Below are positions 24,940 to 37,659 of a DNA stretch of 64,000 nt, piece by piece. Location: the NCBI GenBank assembly GCA_030390025.1, contig CM059430.1:76818001-76882000 (forward strand), given 5' to 3'. A program made the position numbers and the translations under genes. Numbering within the stretch: position 1 is the first letter of the stretch; every line of letters begins with the position of its first letter. Under the pieces are notes generated by a model. That model was given only the letters and a program-made list of their open reading frames with translations, searched no databases and was not told the DNA's origin. The DNA is from Squalus acanthias (lineage: Eukaryota).

Positions 24940-27175
24940 TACTCTGTATCTAACCCGTGCTGTTCCTGCCCTGGGAGTGTTTGATGGGGCAGTGTAGAGG
25001 GAGCTTTACTCTGCATCAAACCCGTGCTGTACCGACTCTGGGATTGTTTGATGGGACAGTGTAGAGGGAGCTTTACTCTGTATCTAACCCCGTGCTATTC
25101 CTGCCCTGGGAGTGTTTGATGGGACAGTGTAGAGGGAGCTTTAATCTGTATCTAACCCGTGCAGTTCCTGCCCTGGGAGTGTTTGATGGGGAAGTGTAGA
25201 GGGGGCTTTACTGTGTATCTAACCCCGTGCTGTACCTGCCCTGGGAGTGTTTGATGGGACAGTGTAGAGGGAGCTTTGCCCTGTATCTAACCCCGTGCTA
25301 TTCCTGCCCTGGGAGTGTTTGATGGGACAGTGTAGAGGGAGCTTTACTCTGTATCTAACCCGTGCTATTCCGACCCTGGGAGAGTTTGATGGGAGTGTGT
25401 AGAGGGAGCTTTAGTCTGTATCTAACCCCGTGCTATTCCAGCCCTGGGAGTGTTTGATGGGACAGTGTAGAGGGAGCTTTATTCTGTATTAAACCCCGTG
25501 CTATTCCTGCCCTGGGAGTGTTTGATGGGACAGTATAGAGGGAGATTTACTCTGTATCTAACCCGTGCTATTCCTACCCTGGGAGCATTTGTTGGGAGAG
25601 TGTAGAGGGAGCTTTACCCTGTATCTAACCCCGTGCTATTCCTGCCCTGGGAGTGTTTGATGGGACAGTGTAGAGGGAGCTTTAATCTGTATCAAACCCG
25701 TGCTGTTCCTGCCCTGGGAGTGTTTGATGGGACAGTGTAGTGGGGGCATTAATCTGTATCTTATCCGTGCTATTCCTACCCTGGGAGTGTTTGATGGGAC
25801 AGTGTAGAGTGGGCTTTACTCTGTATCTAACCCGTGCTGTTCCTCCCCTGGGAGTGTTTGATGGGACAGTGTAGTGGGGGCATTAATCTGTATCTTATCC
25901 ATGCTATTCCTACCCTGGGAGTGTTTGATGGGACAGTGTAGAGTGGGCTTTACTCTGTATCTAACCTGTGCTATTCCTGCCCTGGGAGTGTTTGATGGGG
26001 CAGTGTAGAGGGAGCTTTGCTCTGTATCTAACCCCGTGCTATTCCTACCCTGGGAGTGTTTGATGGGCCAGTGTAGAGGGAGCTTTACTCTGTATCTAAC
26101 CCGTGCTGTTCCTCCCCTGGGAGTGTTTGATGGGACAGTGTAGAGGGAGCTTTGCTCTGTATCCAACCCCGTGCTATTCCTACCCTGGGAGTGTTTGATG
26201 GGCCAGTGTAGAGGGAGCTTTACTCTGTATCTAACCCGTGCTATTCCTACCCTGGGAGTGTTTGATGGGACAGTGTAGAGGGAGCTTTACTCTGTATCTA
26301 ACCCCGTGCTATTTCTGCCCTGGGAGTGTTTGATGAACAGTGTAGAGGGGGCTTTACTCTGTATCTCATCCATGCTATTCCTACCCTGGGAGTGTTTGAT
26401 GGGACAGTGTAGAGGGGGCTTTACTCTGTATCTAACCCGTGCTGTTCCTGCCCTGGGAGTGTTTGATGGGAAAGTGTAGAGGGAGCTTATACTCTAACTA
26501 ACCCCGTGCTATTCCTACCCTGGGAGTGTTTGATGGGACAGTGTAGAGGTAGCTTTACTCTGCATCTAACCCGTGCTGTTCCTGCCCTGGGAGTGTTTGA
26601 TGGGACAGTGTAGAGGGAGCTTTAATCTGTATCTAACCCGTGCTGTACCTACTCTGGGATTGTTTGATGGGACAGTGTATAGGGAGCTTTACTCTGTATC
26701 TAACCCCGTGCTATTCCTGCCCTGGGAGTGTTTGATGGGACAGTGTAGAGGGAACTTTACTCTGTATCTAACCCGTGCTGTTCCTCCCCTGGGAGTGTTT
26801 GATGGGACAGTGTAGAGGGAGCTTTACTCTGTATCTAACCCCGTGCTTTTCCTACCCTGGGAGTGTTTGATGGGACAGTGTAGAGGGGGCTTTAATCTGT
26901 ATCTAACCCGTGCTGTTCCTGCCCTGGGAGTGTTTGATGGGACAGTGTAGAGCGAGCTTTGCTCTGTATCTAACCCCGTGCTATTCCTACCCTGGAAGTG
27001 TTTGATGGGGCAGTGTAGAGGGAGCTTTACTCTGTATCTAACCCGTGCTGTTCCTGCCCTGGGAGTGTTTGATGGGACAGTGTGGAGGGAGCTTTACTCT
27101 CTATCTAACCCGTGCTGTTCCTGCCCTGGGAGTGTTTGATGGGACAGTGTGGAGGGAGCTTTATTCTGTATCTAT
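24940..27175. repeat. Minisatellite, ~36 copies of a 61-62 bp unit
   Basis: Unit ttactctgtatctaaccc(c)gtgct(a/g)ttcctgccctgggagtgtttgatgggacagtgtagagggagct in head-to-tail array. Confidence 0.97.
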
Positions 27176-27866
27176 CCACACTGCACTAGCCTGTAGATAT
27201 TTGATGGGCTGGTGTAGAGGGACTTCATTCTGGAGGTTCCAGTTTGGTCACTATCGATGTTACGGACGCAAAATGCACTCATAAATGCGCTAGTTTTGAG
27301 AAGAGTTGTTTCCTCAAGTTTCCGCTCAAAATAAGTTGCAAAACACCGAAGTTAAAATCTGTCATGTATCAGTGCAAGCAGGCAGCGGTTTAGAATTATT
27401 TGTTAAATTGCATTAATATTTATATATATAAGTTTGGTAACCTGGTGCAGCTTTATTAATACAGCTGACAATGGGTTTATCAGAAAATATAAGCATTTTT
27501 AATCTGTGTTTCTAGCCCACAAACTGCGAGTAACCCGATTTTAAATAACTGAGAATAACTTTCAAAACTTTACAGAACCATTTACTAGTTACATTGGTAT
27601 ACAATAGTCAGTTTCGTAGTAAATTATAATACATATATTTTTGAAAGCTTTTTAAATGTGCCCTGTGCCTAAAAGAAAGCTTAATTTTAAGAGCCTCCTT
27701 GAAGGCCCTAAAATGGGCGCAATTAGAAGAAACTCGCAATGATCTGGGGGGAGGGGCCTGGCCAGTTTTGTGGGTGGGGGCAGATTCTAGTGTGGTATTT
27801 GTTAAACTAGTGAAAATTGGCTGAATGTAGATTTGCGCTGAACGTAATGTGTGCTAAATATTCCTC

Positions 27867-29730
27867 GGGCAAAAATTCGCGTCCGCCACGAGAGTTGGCG
27901 GTGTGACTGGCAACTCGGGTTAATGGCCGCTGAAAATTGACGGAGCGCTACCAGGGGAAAATTCACGCTGGGGGCAAAATGTTTTTTACCGTGTAACGCT
28001 CTCCTGGTGGCGGTAGTGCAGCGTTGCAGCTTCCAACAGCCTCTGGAAATGAGGCTACGGAGTTCGCTAGGAACTGTGGGAAATTAAAAGGGCAATGTAT
28101 TAAATAAACTAATGAAAATTAAAATGAAGTGAAAAAAATGAGTTTGCAGCTCTTCCTGCCTTCCTAAAAATAGTGAACATTAAAAAGAAATTCCAAATGG
28201 GAGTCTTCAGCACTTAAAGCTGAATTCCGTTCCGCACCTCAAAAAATGGGAAAAGTGCTTCAGCATTAACACAAGTGTATCAGCCTTAGGTAAGGGTCTC
28301 CCAGCGTCTCACATGCAGCACTCCACCTTTGTGCAGGGTGTCAACACTGCATGAGAGTTCCTTTACCCACAGGGGCCAGGAGGCCCTCCAGAAATGGGAG
28401 CACATCACCCAGGTGTTCACTGCCAGCAGTGTCGCCCCCACCATCTGTCCAAAATGCCCAAAGAAACCTCAGCACCACAGACCACTGGCCAAGGTCAGTG
28501 AATACATGTTCAAAAGCCATCTCCTACCAACTGCAGCACTAGCCTCACACACGGCTCAAAGTATGAATCCGCCCCCCCCCCCCCCCCCATCACTCACCTA
28601 CCAACAATCTGTACAAATCATGAGGGACATCTCCCATTCCTAGCCACATCTCAGCCCATTGGAGGAGACAGTGAAGGCCGTTCTTGGCAGGGGCCCTTGG
28701 TCAGCGGTGGGGCTGATAGGATACAAGATGCTGGTATATTCATACGTTAGCCTCCTTCTGGCATGCACCTCTTGCTTTCCCGCGATCCCCTCACCACAAC
28801 TCCACCCTTGTGCCTTCCTCATTTCACACACACAAGAAATGCAGCCTTCCCAGCCTGTGGTTGGCCAAGATGAGAGAGAGGAGAATGAAGAAGAATAAGA
28901 AGAAACACTATCACTGGATTTCACACTGCCAGCCACCACCTCCTCAAGGTGGACCAGCAAGGCCATTTGCAGTGTCCCTCACTTCCACCAGTCATGCTAC
29001 AACCACTGAGGTGCAACTGCATGACATCAGTAGGATGAGCAAGGGCACACACATGGCAGTCACTAAGGGAATGCATAAGGGTGATGAGTTGATTTCTTGA
29101 TGCCATATTGGATGGATAGATGTATAAAGTTGGATTGGAAGGTTTGTTTTGTGGTGGCTTTTATTTCAGCATTGTGGCCAAGCAGACGCTGTGATGGTCA
29201 TTAACAGAGGGAAGGTAAGGTGTGGGACTAATGTTGAAACGGGAATTGGGGCTGTGGTCACTGGGACCGTAGGCAGATGATCCCGGCCAGAAATGGGCTG
29301 TCTGGGATGCATCCTTCCTTCTGCACTCCTTACACACTTAAACAATCTTTTAACATGTATTGCAGCAAACCACTAATACAGTAAAATCAACAAATCCAGT
29401 CCAGAAGCTTAAATGCAAACTTACCTGAAAGATGTGTGTATCCCTTTAAGAGGTACTGACAGCGCCTCTGTGAGTCTGCTTGCAGGCTGGATTTACATGC
29501 AGAGCTTAGGACCCAACACTGACTCAGTGCAAATGTCCAAGTTCGCGGTGGTAAAGGTAACTCGGCGTTGCAAGCAGACTGACATCACTGCTCCGTCATT
29601 TTAATTTGGAGGGCGATGCATCTTACCGGCAGCGCTGCTGGGCCCACCACCTGCTGGCGAAAGAGCGGCTGCCGACCTCCTCACGGTTTTTTGACGGTAA
29701 CGGGTGGCTAAAAGCCCCCGAATTTTTGCA
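27867..29730. mobile_element. Non-autonomous Harbinger-derived element with TIRs
   Basis: gggcaaaaattcg ... cgaatttttgca inverted ends; internal Myb/SANT-like remnant; homologous to 55760-57752. Confidence 0.7.
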
Positions 29731-30058
29731 GTTTTTTGGCAGGTTTCGGGCGAATTGCGCTGAAAAAGGTAGCGCAACCTAGCGGAAAGTAACGCTACTG
29801 CACCAGACGTCGGGTGGGGGGATCACCGGACAGCGTCGTTCGGCCGGTGTGCACCCAGTGCTGTACTTGGCTGGGAATGTTTTCCACTGATGATGATTTG
29901 TTGATTTTTTTACGGTGGCCCCTCGTGGACATGAACACAAACATTTACCAACGATATAAGGAGTAATCGTGTAAAGTGTACATTTGAAATATGCTTAGTT
30001 TAGGATCACATTTTTTTTATAGTTGAAACATTTTCGAAAATGTAGGAGAGAAACGCAC

Positions 30059-30102
30059 CCGTTCTTCCACATGGCGAGGCCCCTCTTCGTTTCCGTGGGC
30101 GC
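30059..30102 (-). CDS. Gene B short cytoplasmic exon (G)AHGNEEGPRHVEER
   Basis: Acceptor tgtatttcactag, donor CGG|gtgcgt, 44 nt, phase 1-0, open and in frame with the TM exon. Confidence 0.6.
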
Positions 30103-30518
30103 CTAGTGAAATACAAACTTAAACTTTGACCAGACATCAGCGAGTGAATCAACGAAAGCTCATCCAGAAACACCTTCAGGATCACAGCTCATGAAAAGTT
30201 TTGAAAATGTAATCGCAAATCTCCCCTCCCGCCCCCTTGGCTGAACAACCTAGAGGTAAAGTTCCTGAAATGCCTTCAGGGAACACAGGGAATCACTGAT
30301 TCAAAACTACAAAACACCACCAAAAAATGCAAAAATCGGTGTTCGTTTATCATATATGTTGACTGCATTTCAGATCGTGGAACCAAATACAATTGTTCAA
30401 CATATCAACGGAATTTCATTTCTGTAGGACCTTTAACGCTCCTACATCTGCCCGCCGTCATCCTGTTCCCTCTTTATTACAGAATTATCACAGTGAAGCT
30501 ACATAGGTGGCTCCTTAC

Positions 30519-30635
30519 CTTTACAGTTACTGAGTTGGCAACTGCTCCCAAGGACGGTGATGAGGGCGAGAAATATCAGTACACTCCCTGTACATCCAAC
30601 AATCAGTAGGTAAAGGGATGTGTGTCCATAAACCT
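30519..30635 (-). CDS. Gene B transmembrane exon EVYGHTSLYLLIVGCTGSVLIFLALITVLGSSCQLSNCK
   Basis: Acceptor gattctag, donor G|gtaag, 117 nt; aligns with the A/C TM exon (LLI..C....L.FL...CQL...KG). Confidence 0.87.
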
Positions 30636-31105
30636 CTAGAATCATAATAAAACTAATAATGTTAATAGTCAATTCCCAGCTCTTCATTGTAGGCGGTGTT
30701 TTGTAATCAGACACTTGAACAATATGTTAGTTGTACGATTTATATTTTCAGTGGTTCCATAGCAGGGCATGAGGACTGAGACTGTTAACGTGTCCACGCT
30801 GAGATAATTCTATTTATAAAATATCGTTTCGTTGATTCTTGTTTCCCCTTAAACTGAATCAGGCACGTCAATGGTTTACCTTATTGGATTAAAATGACAT
30901 TTTTGGATTTTCGTCACACGGCAATGATGAACTTTGAAGGCTAAGAAGATTGTGTCGCAAAATGCCTCTGATGGGAGGCGTTTGCCTCTTTTATCCGTTT
31001 TACAAGTCCGCAAATGGAAAAAATCTTTAAAAGGACTTAGAGCAAATAAAGCCAATTTAAAGTGGTCAGTGGCTGATAATATTTGTAAAAATGTCAGCAT
31101 CTTAC

Positions 31106-31414
31106 CTGGGTTAGAACTGGAATCAAAGTAAACAGCCACGGCTGGACTCTGCAGTGTGAGGTGAGACACCACACAGGTATATACAGCCCCGCTCTGGGCT
31201 GGCTGTGTCGTTTCCAATCTGCTGGAAGCTTCATACATTCCCTCCGAATTCAGCTTTTTAATGGTGTTGATCCCACTCACAATGTTGGTGTCATTTTTAT
31301 ACCAAGTGAAGGTGAGAGCCTCCGGGTAGAACTCGGCCGTTTCACACACAAGTGTTAGAGTAGATGGGTTGGTTCCGGACACTTTGGGGACCAGTCTCAC
31401 GGGTTCTGGGGAAG
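31106..31414 (-). CDS. Gene B Ig C1-set exon
   Basis: LTLVC...FYPEALTFTWYKN...[11 protein letters not shown]...YTCVVSH; 309 nt, same length as A/C; acceptor ttccacag, donor G|gtaag. Confidence 0.93.
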
Positions 31415-32789
31415 CTGTGGAAGAGGGTCAAGAATACACTGATTGCCCAGACTCTGCTATTTCAGTCCCGTTTGGCGTCCAGTCTTCCTGAATATCATAC
31501 GATGATTCCAATTCGCATTTTGGTTAATTAACAATTGGAAATAAGATTCTTAACATAACTTTCTCGACTAATATGCGAACGATGCAGACGCGAGTTGCAG
31601 GAACAGGAGAAACAATTCAGTGCGACTAGACATTCAGGCCGTCGCCGCTTGTGTTTAGTGCACGCAAAAAATTATAATTATATTACAACTCAGCAGCTTT
31701 TTGCTCAGTTTTGTCATTAGGCAGGTTTAAATAAATAGGCAAAACTTATTTCAAACAACTCGCATTAAAATTAGTAAATTTGGAACAAAGGGTTGAAAAT
31801 GATTCTTTGCGTGGACTAAGCACCTTTTTGCTCAGTTTTCTTATTGGGCATCTTTAAACAAATATGTAAAACTTATTCAGGTAATATTAATGCAAACTGT
31901 TCGCGCTAAGATTTGTAGATTTGAATCAATTGGGCAAAATGATTACCGTCTGGAGAAGCGATACATTGATCCCGGAATATTGTCGGGCAGAAAAACTAAC
32001 GTTGTTCAAAACTATAAAGAGAAAAGAAACATCTTGCTGGAAAAGTAATTGTGTGGGAATGGCGGGAAGTGATGTTTGAGGTGTTCATCCGTGGATCTGA
32101 ATGAGGGAAGTGGCTGAATGTCCAGTCACAGCCTCTTCCAGCCTGACACACAGCAAGGCTAACATTAGACTGAAGATATACTGGGCCAAAATTTGCGGTG
32201 ATATGCCTCCGACCTGCAAAAAATCCACGAATTTACCTGGTGGTCCGGGAGTTCTGGAGAATTGCGCCCCTGGGCCTCTCCGGGTAGGCGCGGGCACAGG
32301 CCCATGTATCCCAGGGGCGCACGTGGTTCGCAAGCGTTCGCACCCACTAATTACGGCCCATTATTACTGTCAAGCGTGCCCCCATTCGTAGTTGTTAACG
32401 TTACAATTTAAATCGAGAGTTGTGATCTGACCTCAGTCCACGAGAAGCGGGTGAGATTCCTTGGAGAAGGCTGGCTCATAGTTGGGTTCGACACGCATGC
32501 AGTATAACTCCGGGCTAGTACCAAATCTAGTTTTAATAAATGACCAAAGGGTCCCGAGGACCACATTATATATTTACATGGAGTTTATTCAGATGCTCAT
32601 AGATTGTAGATTCTCCGTTTCTGTTCTCCATGTATATACAGAGCTCTACCTCGGAGAGGGGCATTGTCACTCTCATCTCCCAGTATTCAGTGTCATTATT
32701 GTTACAGTTACAACTCAGTATTCCACTCAATTTATCGAGTTAAAACCGATAGGACCCCGAGGAATTTAACATCCGGGTCAGTTTATATA

Positions 32790-33590
32790 ATTGGACTACC
32801 ATAAATCTTTGAGGGTGGCAGGACAAGCACATTGACAAGGAAGTTATGCTGAACATTTATTAATCACTGGTTAGGCCTCAGCTGGAGTATTGTGTTCAAT
32901 TCTGTGCGGCACATTTTGAGGAGGATGTCAAGGCCTTGGAGAGGGTGCAGAAGAGATTTACCAGAATGATACCAGGGATAAGGGAATTTAGTGTTGTGGG
33001 GAGACTGGAGAAGTTGGGATTGTTGTCCTTACAGCAGAGAAGGTTAAATAGGAAATGTAATTGAGGCGTCATAAATGATGAGGCGTTTTGATAGGGTAGA
33101 CAGGGAGAGACTGTTTCTAGTGGCAGGAAGGTCGGCAAGCAGAAGGCAACGATTTAAGATTATTGCCCAAAATACAGAGGGGAGAAGAGTTTTTTTTAAA
33201 TAATTGATAAAATAATTTCCCCATGTTTCAGGATTTGATCCACCTTCTCTTCATTTGTTTCCTTTTCAGCCAGTTGAATCTCTGCAACATTTGCTGTAGA
33301 ATCTATTCGCACAAGAGAACCAAATTTCTTATTTTCTGCTGTGTTTGCAATCATAATTTTCTCATTTCTTGTTGTGATCTGGAATGCGCTGTTTGACAGG
33401 GCGGTGGAAGCAGATTCAATAGTAACTTTCAAAAGGGAATGGAATATATACTTGAAAAGGGAAACTTTGCAGGGTTATATGGGAATAGTAGGGCAGTGGA
33501 ACTAATTGGAGAGCTCTTTCACAGAGCCGGCACAGGCAAGATGGGCTGAACGACCTGTTTCTGTGCTTTAAGATTCTCTGATTCTATGAA
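32790..33590 (+). mobile_element. Degenerate CR1 3' fragment, interrupted
   Basis: RPQLEYCVQF-like sequence; gattct tail. Confidence 0.8.
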
Positions 33591-34274
33591 GTTAGAGAAT
33601 GTCGCCTTCATTGTGACAAAAGTTTTAGAATACACAGTAATAATTTCACGTGAAATGTAGGATCGGAAAATACTCTGCAGTCTAGCTGTCCATTCCCCAA
33701 ATCTAAAACCTCAGATCCGTTCACTCTGTCAAATATCGATTCAGTTTCCCCTCAGCATCTTTCATGTAATCTGCGTCCACTGGACAGTCGGTTTCACATA
33801 TTCACAATTTTCTGCGAAAAGTAGTTCAATCTAAACTCTCTGTCGGCTCCCTCTGTAAAGTTTCAGCCACTATCCACTGTTTGCCGTCTTTGGGGCAAAC
33901 TCCATCTATCTATTCTCTTAATAATCTCGAGTACTAGAATACAATCTCCAATGCGCCTTGTGCGCTCCAAAGTAAACAGGCCCAGGCTCCTCAAGGTCTG
34001 GACCTCAGTCCGGTTCCTCAAGCTAGTTTTCATTTTCTACACTGCGTCCAATGCTTGTGTATCCTCACTGTAGTTTGGTGATATAGTTGTGCACAGAAAT
34101 TAAGGTGTGTCCGTACATTGCAGAAACAGATTTGTTCTCTATCCTTGTGGCCAGTCAGCCATCTCGTGTTTGCTACCACAATCCGCGCGCTTGGCTTCAG
34201 ACCCCTCTTCTGCAAAGTGTCCTGGATACTTATCTTACATATATGAATAGAAAATAAAACATCATAATGGGTGA

Positions 34275-35343
34275 TAACGGGTCTTTTTTCCGAGTGGCAG
34301 GCAGTGACTAGTGGGGTACTGCAGGGATCGGTCCTTGGACCCCAGCTATTCACAATATACATTAATGATCTAGATAAGGGAACTAGATGTAATTCTCCAA
34401 GTTTGCAGACGACGCAACACTGGGTGGGAGTGTGTGCTGCGAGGAGGATGCCGAGAAACTCCAGGATGATTTGGATAGGTTGGGTGATTGGGCAGAAGCG
34501 TGGCAGATGCAATATAACGTGGATAAATGCGAGGTTATCCACTTTGGTGTCAAAAACAGAAATGCAGATTATTATCTGAATGGCAATAGATTGGGAGAAG
34601 GGGAAGTGCAACGAGACTTGGGTGTCCTTGTGCACCAGTCGCTGAAGGTAAGCATGCAGCTGCAGCAGGTGCTTAAGAAGGCAAATGGTATGTTGGCCTT
34701 CATAGCGAGAGGGTTTGAGTACAGGAACAAGGATGTCTTGCTGCAGTTGTACAGGGCCTTGGTGAGACCACACCTTGAGTACTGTGTACAGTTTTGGTCG
34801 CCTTATCTGAGGAAGGATGTTCTTGCCATGGAAGGAGTTCAGCGAAGATTCACAAGGCTGATACCTGGGATGGCAGGAATGACGTATGAAGAGAGATTGG
34901 GTCGATTGGACTTATACTCGCTGGAGTTTAGAAGAATGAGAGGGGATCTCATTGAAACTTATAAAATTCTGACAGGACAGGACAAACTAGATGCAGGAAG
35001 GATGTTCCCGGTGGTCGGGGAGTCCAGAACCAGGGGTCACAGTCTAAGGATAAGGGGTAAGCCATTTAGGACAGAAATGAGGAGGAATTTCTTCACCCAG
35101 AGAGTGGTGAACCTGTGGAATTCTCTGCCACAGAAGGCAGTAGTGGCCAATTCATTAAATAGATTCAAGAAGGAGTTGGATATATTTCTTAAGGCTAAAG
35201 GGATCAAGGGATACGGGGAGAAAGCAGGGACAGGGTACTGAATTTGGATGATCAGCCATGATCGCATTGAATGGCGGAGCAGGCTAGAGGGGCCGAATGG
35301 CCTACTCCTGTTCCTATCTTCTATGATTCTATGATTCTATGAT
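34275..35343 (+). mobile_element. Young 5'-truncated CR1 LINE in the gene B V-C1 intron
   Basis: 269-aa open RT C-terminal ORF 34432-35241; (ttctatga)n tail. Confidence 0.95.
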
Positions 35344-35603
35344 AACCGCGATACGACTTCAGATCTCATCGCACATAAACTAACCTCATGGAAAATTCAT
35401 TAGATAATCAAAACAATTTATGATACCATCTACTTAATTCTATATACTTAAAACACTTCAATTAAAAATACCCAAACATAAAGGTACAAGAGGTCGACTA
35501 TTAGCAATGTTTGAAATGAAGCCTCATAACATGGCCGCTCCGCCTGTTTTTTTTATTTTTGTTATTTTGGAATGGCGATCCTATAATAGGAGCGGCCGCT
35601 TAC

Positions 35604-35915
35604 CGTGCACAACAAGCTCCGATCCAGTTCCATTTGCGATCGTGTTTCCTGTGTATCTCACTCCGCAGTAATAGGATCCGGAGTCTGGGACACGGACACT
35701 CAGGATCTGGAAGGAAGCCTCTCCGTTTCTCAAAGGAAAGAATCGTTTTCTGCCGTCAGAAGCTAGTTGTATGAATTGATTGTCGCCAAGTCTCCACCAA
35801 TGAACATTTACATCTGCATTACCCTGGAGAGAGCTCGTCATGCAATGGAACGTAATGTCTGCACCTGCCATCACACTGGTGCTTTCAGGGGTTTGGAACA
35901 CTGCAGCGGGAGCAA
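35604..35915 (-). CDS. Gene B Ig V-set exon with joined J-like segment
   Basis: VFQTP, ITFHC, VHWW, FQILSVRVPDSGSYYC, NGTGSELVV; acceptor tattttacag, donor G|gtaag; 312 nt. Confidence 0.93.
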
Positions 35916-36115
35916 CTGTAAAATATTTTAAACAGTTAGTAATAAAATAGAAACAAAATATACATAGGCACGCATAGTTAGATGGCTACATTGATAGATA
36001 GACATATTTAGATAAATATATAGACAGAAGGAAAGCAAGCAAAAAAGAAAGATTGGAAGATTGATTGGAAGAAACAAAAGGAAAAAGAAAGCAGGACCGA
36101 TTATTACCGAAATAC

Positions 36116-36161
36116 CTTCGTAAATAATCCCCAAGGCCCATATGTACTGACACACAAACAT
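36116..36161 (-). CDS. Gene B leader exon MFVCQYIWALGIIYE(V)
   Basis: ATG at 36161, phase-1 donor G|gtattt, 200-nt intron; Q....LGI pattern shared with the A/C leader. Confidence 0.7.
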
Positions 36162-36469
36162 TGTATAATGGCTATTGTTCTGCCGATGTACCGCGGCTCT
36201 GATGGTTTGGAAATATTAGTTTGTAGATCATCCGATTTGATTTATGATGTGATCAGGTGTCGTATCACGTGTCAAAAACTGTTTCCGATAAACTATTTTA
36301 ACAGACGTGATGTGAATCTCAATTCAACAGGATCTGTAATCCGAAGTTAAAGAAAAGCCCCACTGATCGGCCTGTATGTGCTTTATCTCAATAACATATC
36401 ATCAAAGTGACAGGTTCACAACACGTTGAAGAAACTCATCGATTAGTCAATGACATAGTAGAACTGGAG

Positions 36470-36530
36470 GAAGAGAGAAAAGGAAGTTGTGGGGAGGGTC
36501 GCTTGGCCAATGAGAAGGCGGGAAAGCGTT
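36470..36530 (-). promoter_or_regulatory. Putative gene B promoter motif cluster
   Basis: AGGAAGT (ETS), TGTGGG (RUNX-like), CCAAT and GGCGGGAAA within ~50 bp, ~330 nt upstream of the ATG. Confidence 0.4.
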
Positions 36531-37659
36531 GAGAAAGGTGATATTTTGAGATAAATCTGGTCCAAGTGACTCCGTTCCTAACCCACCAGTATTCCCTCCC
36601 TCGGCTTTCATTATTAATGCGGTAAAACGGAGCTAGCGCAGATTTCTAAAGGCTGCAGCCAGGTAACGAGGACATCAGTTGCTGGATTCTCCTCTTTGCG
36701 TCGGAATTCGTTCAAGGCAGGACTTCCACCCGTCATTCCGAATCCACCCCGATCCTGATCTATGTTTATCTAGTCGAACTTCATCTGAGAGGCACCGCGG
36801 TTCCCGGCGGTATTTCCGCCAGGAAGAGACAACTCGCCTGTGCCCAGAGGCTAAATAGCAGTGGATCTCCACTGCAGCACCTTGAGAGATGGTCGGGCAT
36901 TTAAGGGGGATGAAGAGAACCCCGAGGCCGGATTGAACGGTGACCAGCAGCCACAGCAGAGAAGGAAGCCCACGCCAGAGGATAATGGGATCAGATTGGA
37001 GGGAATAAAGGCCGCTACAAGGTCCTCTCCCTCTCTCCCTCCATTGGGGTCCTGATGGCTGTTGCCGCCACATGCCTTGCGTTACCAACACATTGTACAT
37101 GGTGGCTCTGGGGAGCAATGCTGAATGCCAGGGAAATGTATAAGGGAGCTGAGTCCTGAGTGACCCCCCTCCCCCACCACCACTTTCATCTGGCGGGAGG
37201 ACAAGAAGCGATTCCCCTCAGCACCAGAATGTTCCTTCATTCTCCGGTGCTTATCCCACCCAGTTGCAGGCTGGCGCGTGGAGGAGATTCCAGCTTTAAA
37301 TTTTGAGAAGCAGAGAGTGCAAGATATCCGAGGAAGCAGCAGCGCTTGGGGAGGGGACTCGGTACCAAGAAGAGCGCTCAGATTCTCTGGTGCTCCGTGG
37401 AGATGTTGCTGGCTCAAAATGGGGAAACTGGGGAAAACTCCGGCGGAATATTTGAGTCTGCCTTCCAATCCCTGATACCTCTCTTGCCGATTCCATGGCC
37501 ACGTGTTTACGGCAGAGAGGCGGTGTCACAAATCCTTCCTCATGGAATCGATCCTCCATATTACTGTGAAAATGAACAGAAAAAAGGGCACAAGATGCAT
37601 GTAGGTAACGACTCCTATGGTTTGACGATAACAGACAGTGTATTGAAATTTATGGGCTT

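Noticed and set aside
24940-27175. CRISPR-like array or coding ORFs in the 61-bp repeat
   Set aside because: Units are contiguous with no unique spacers, the context is eukaryotic, and the ORFs are repeat translations.
30489-30495. CACAGTG heptamer as an RSS
   Set aside because: No nonamer at 12 or 23 bp, and it lies beside the TM exon rather than a V or J segment.
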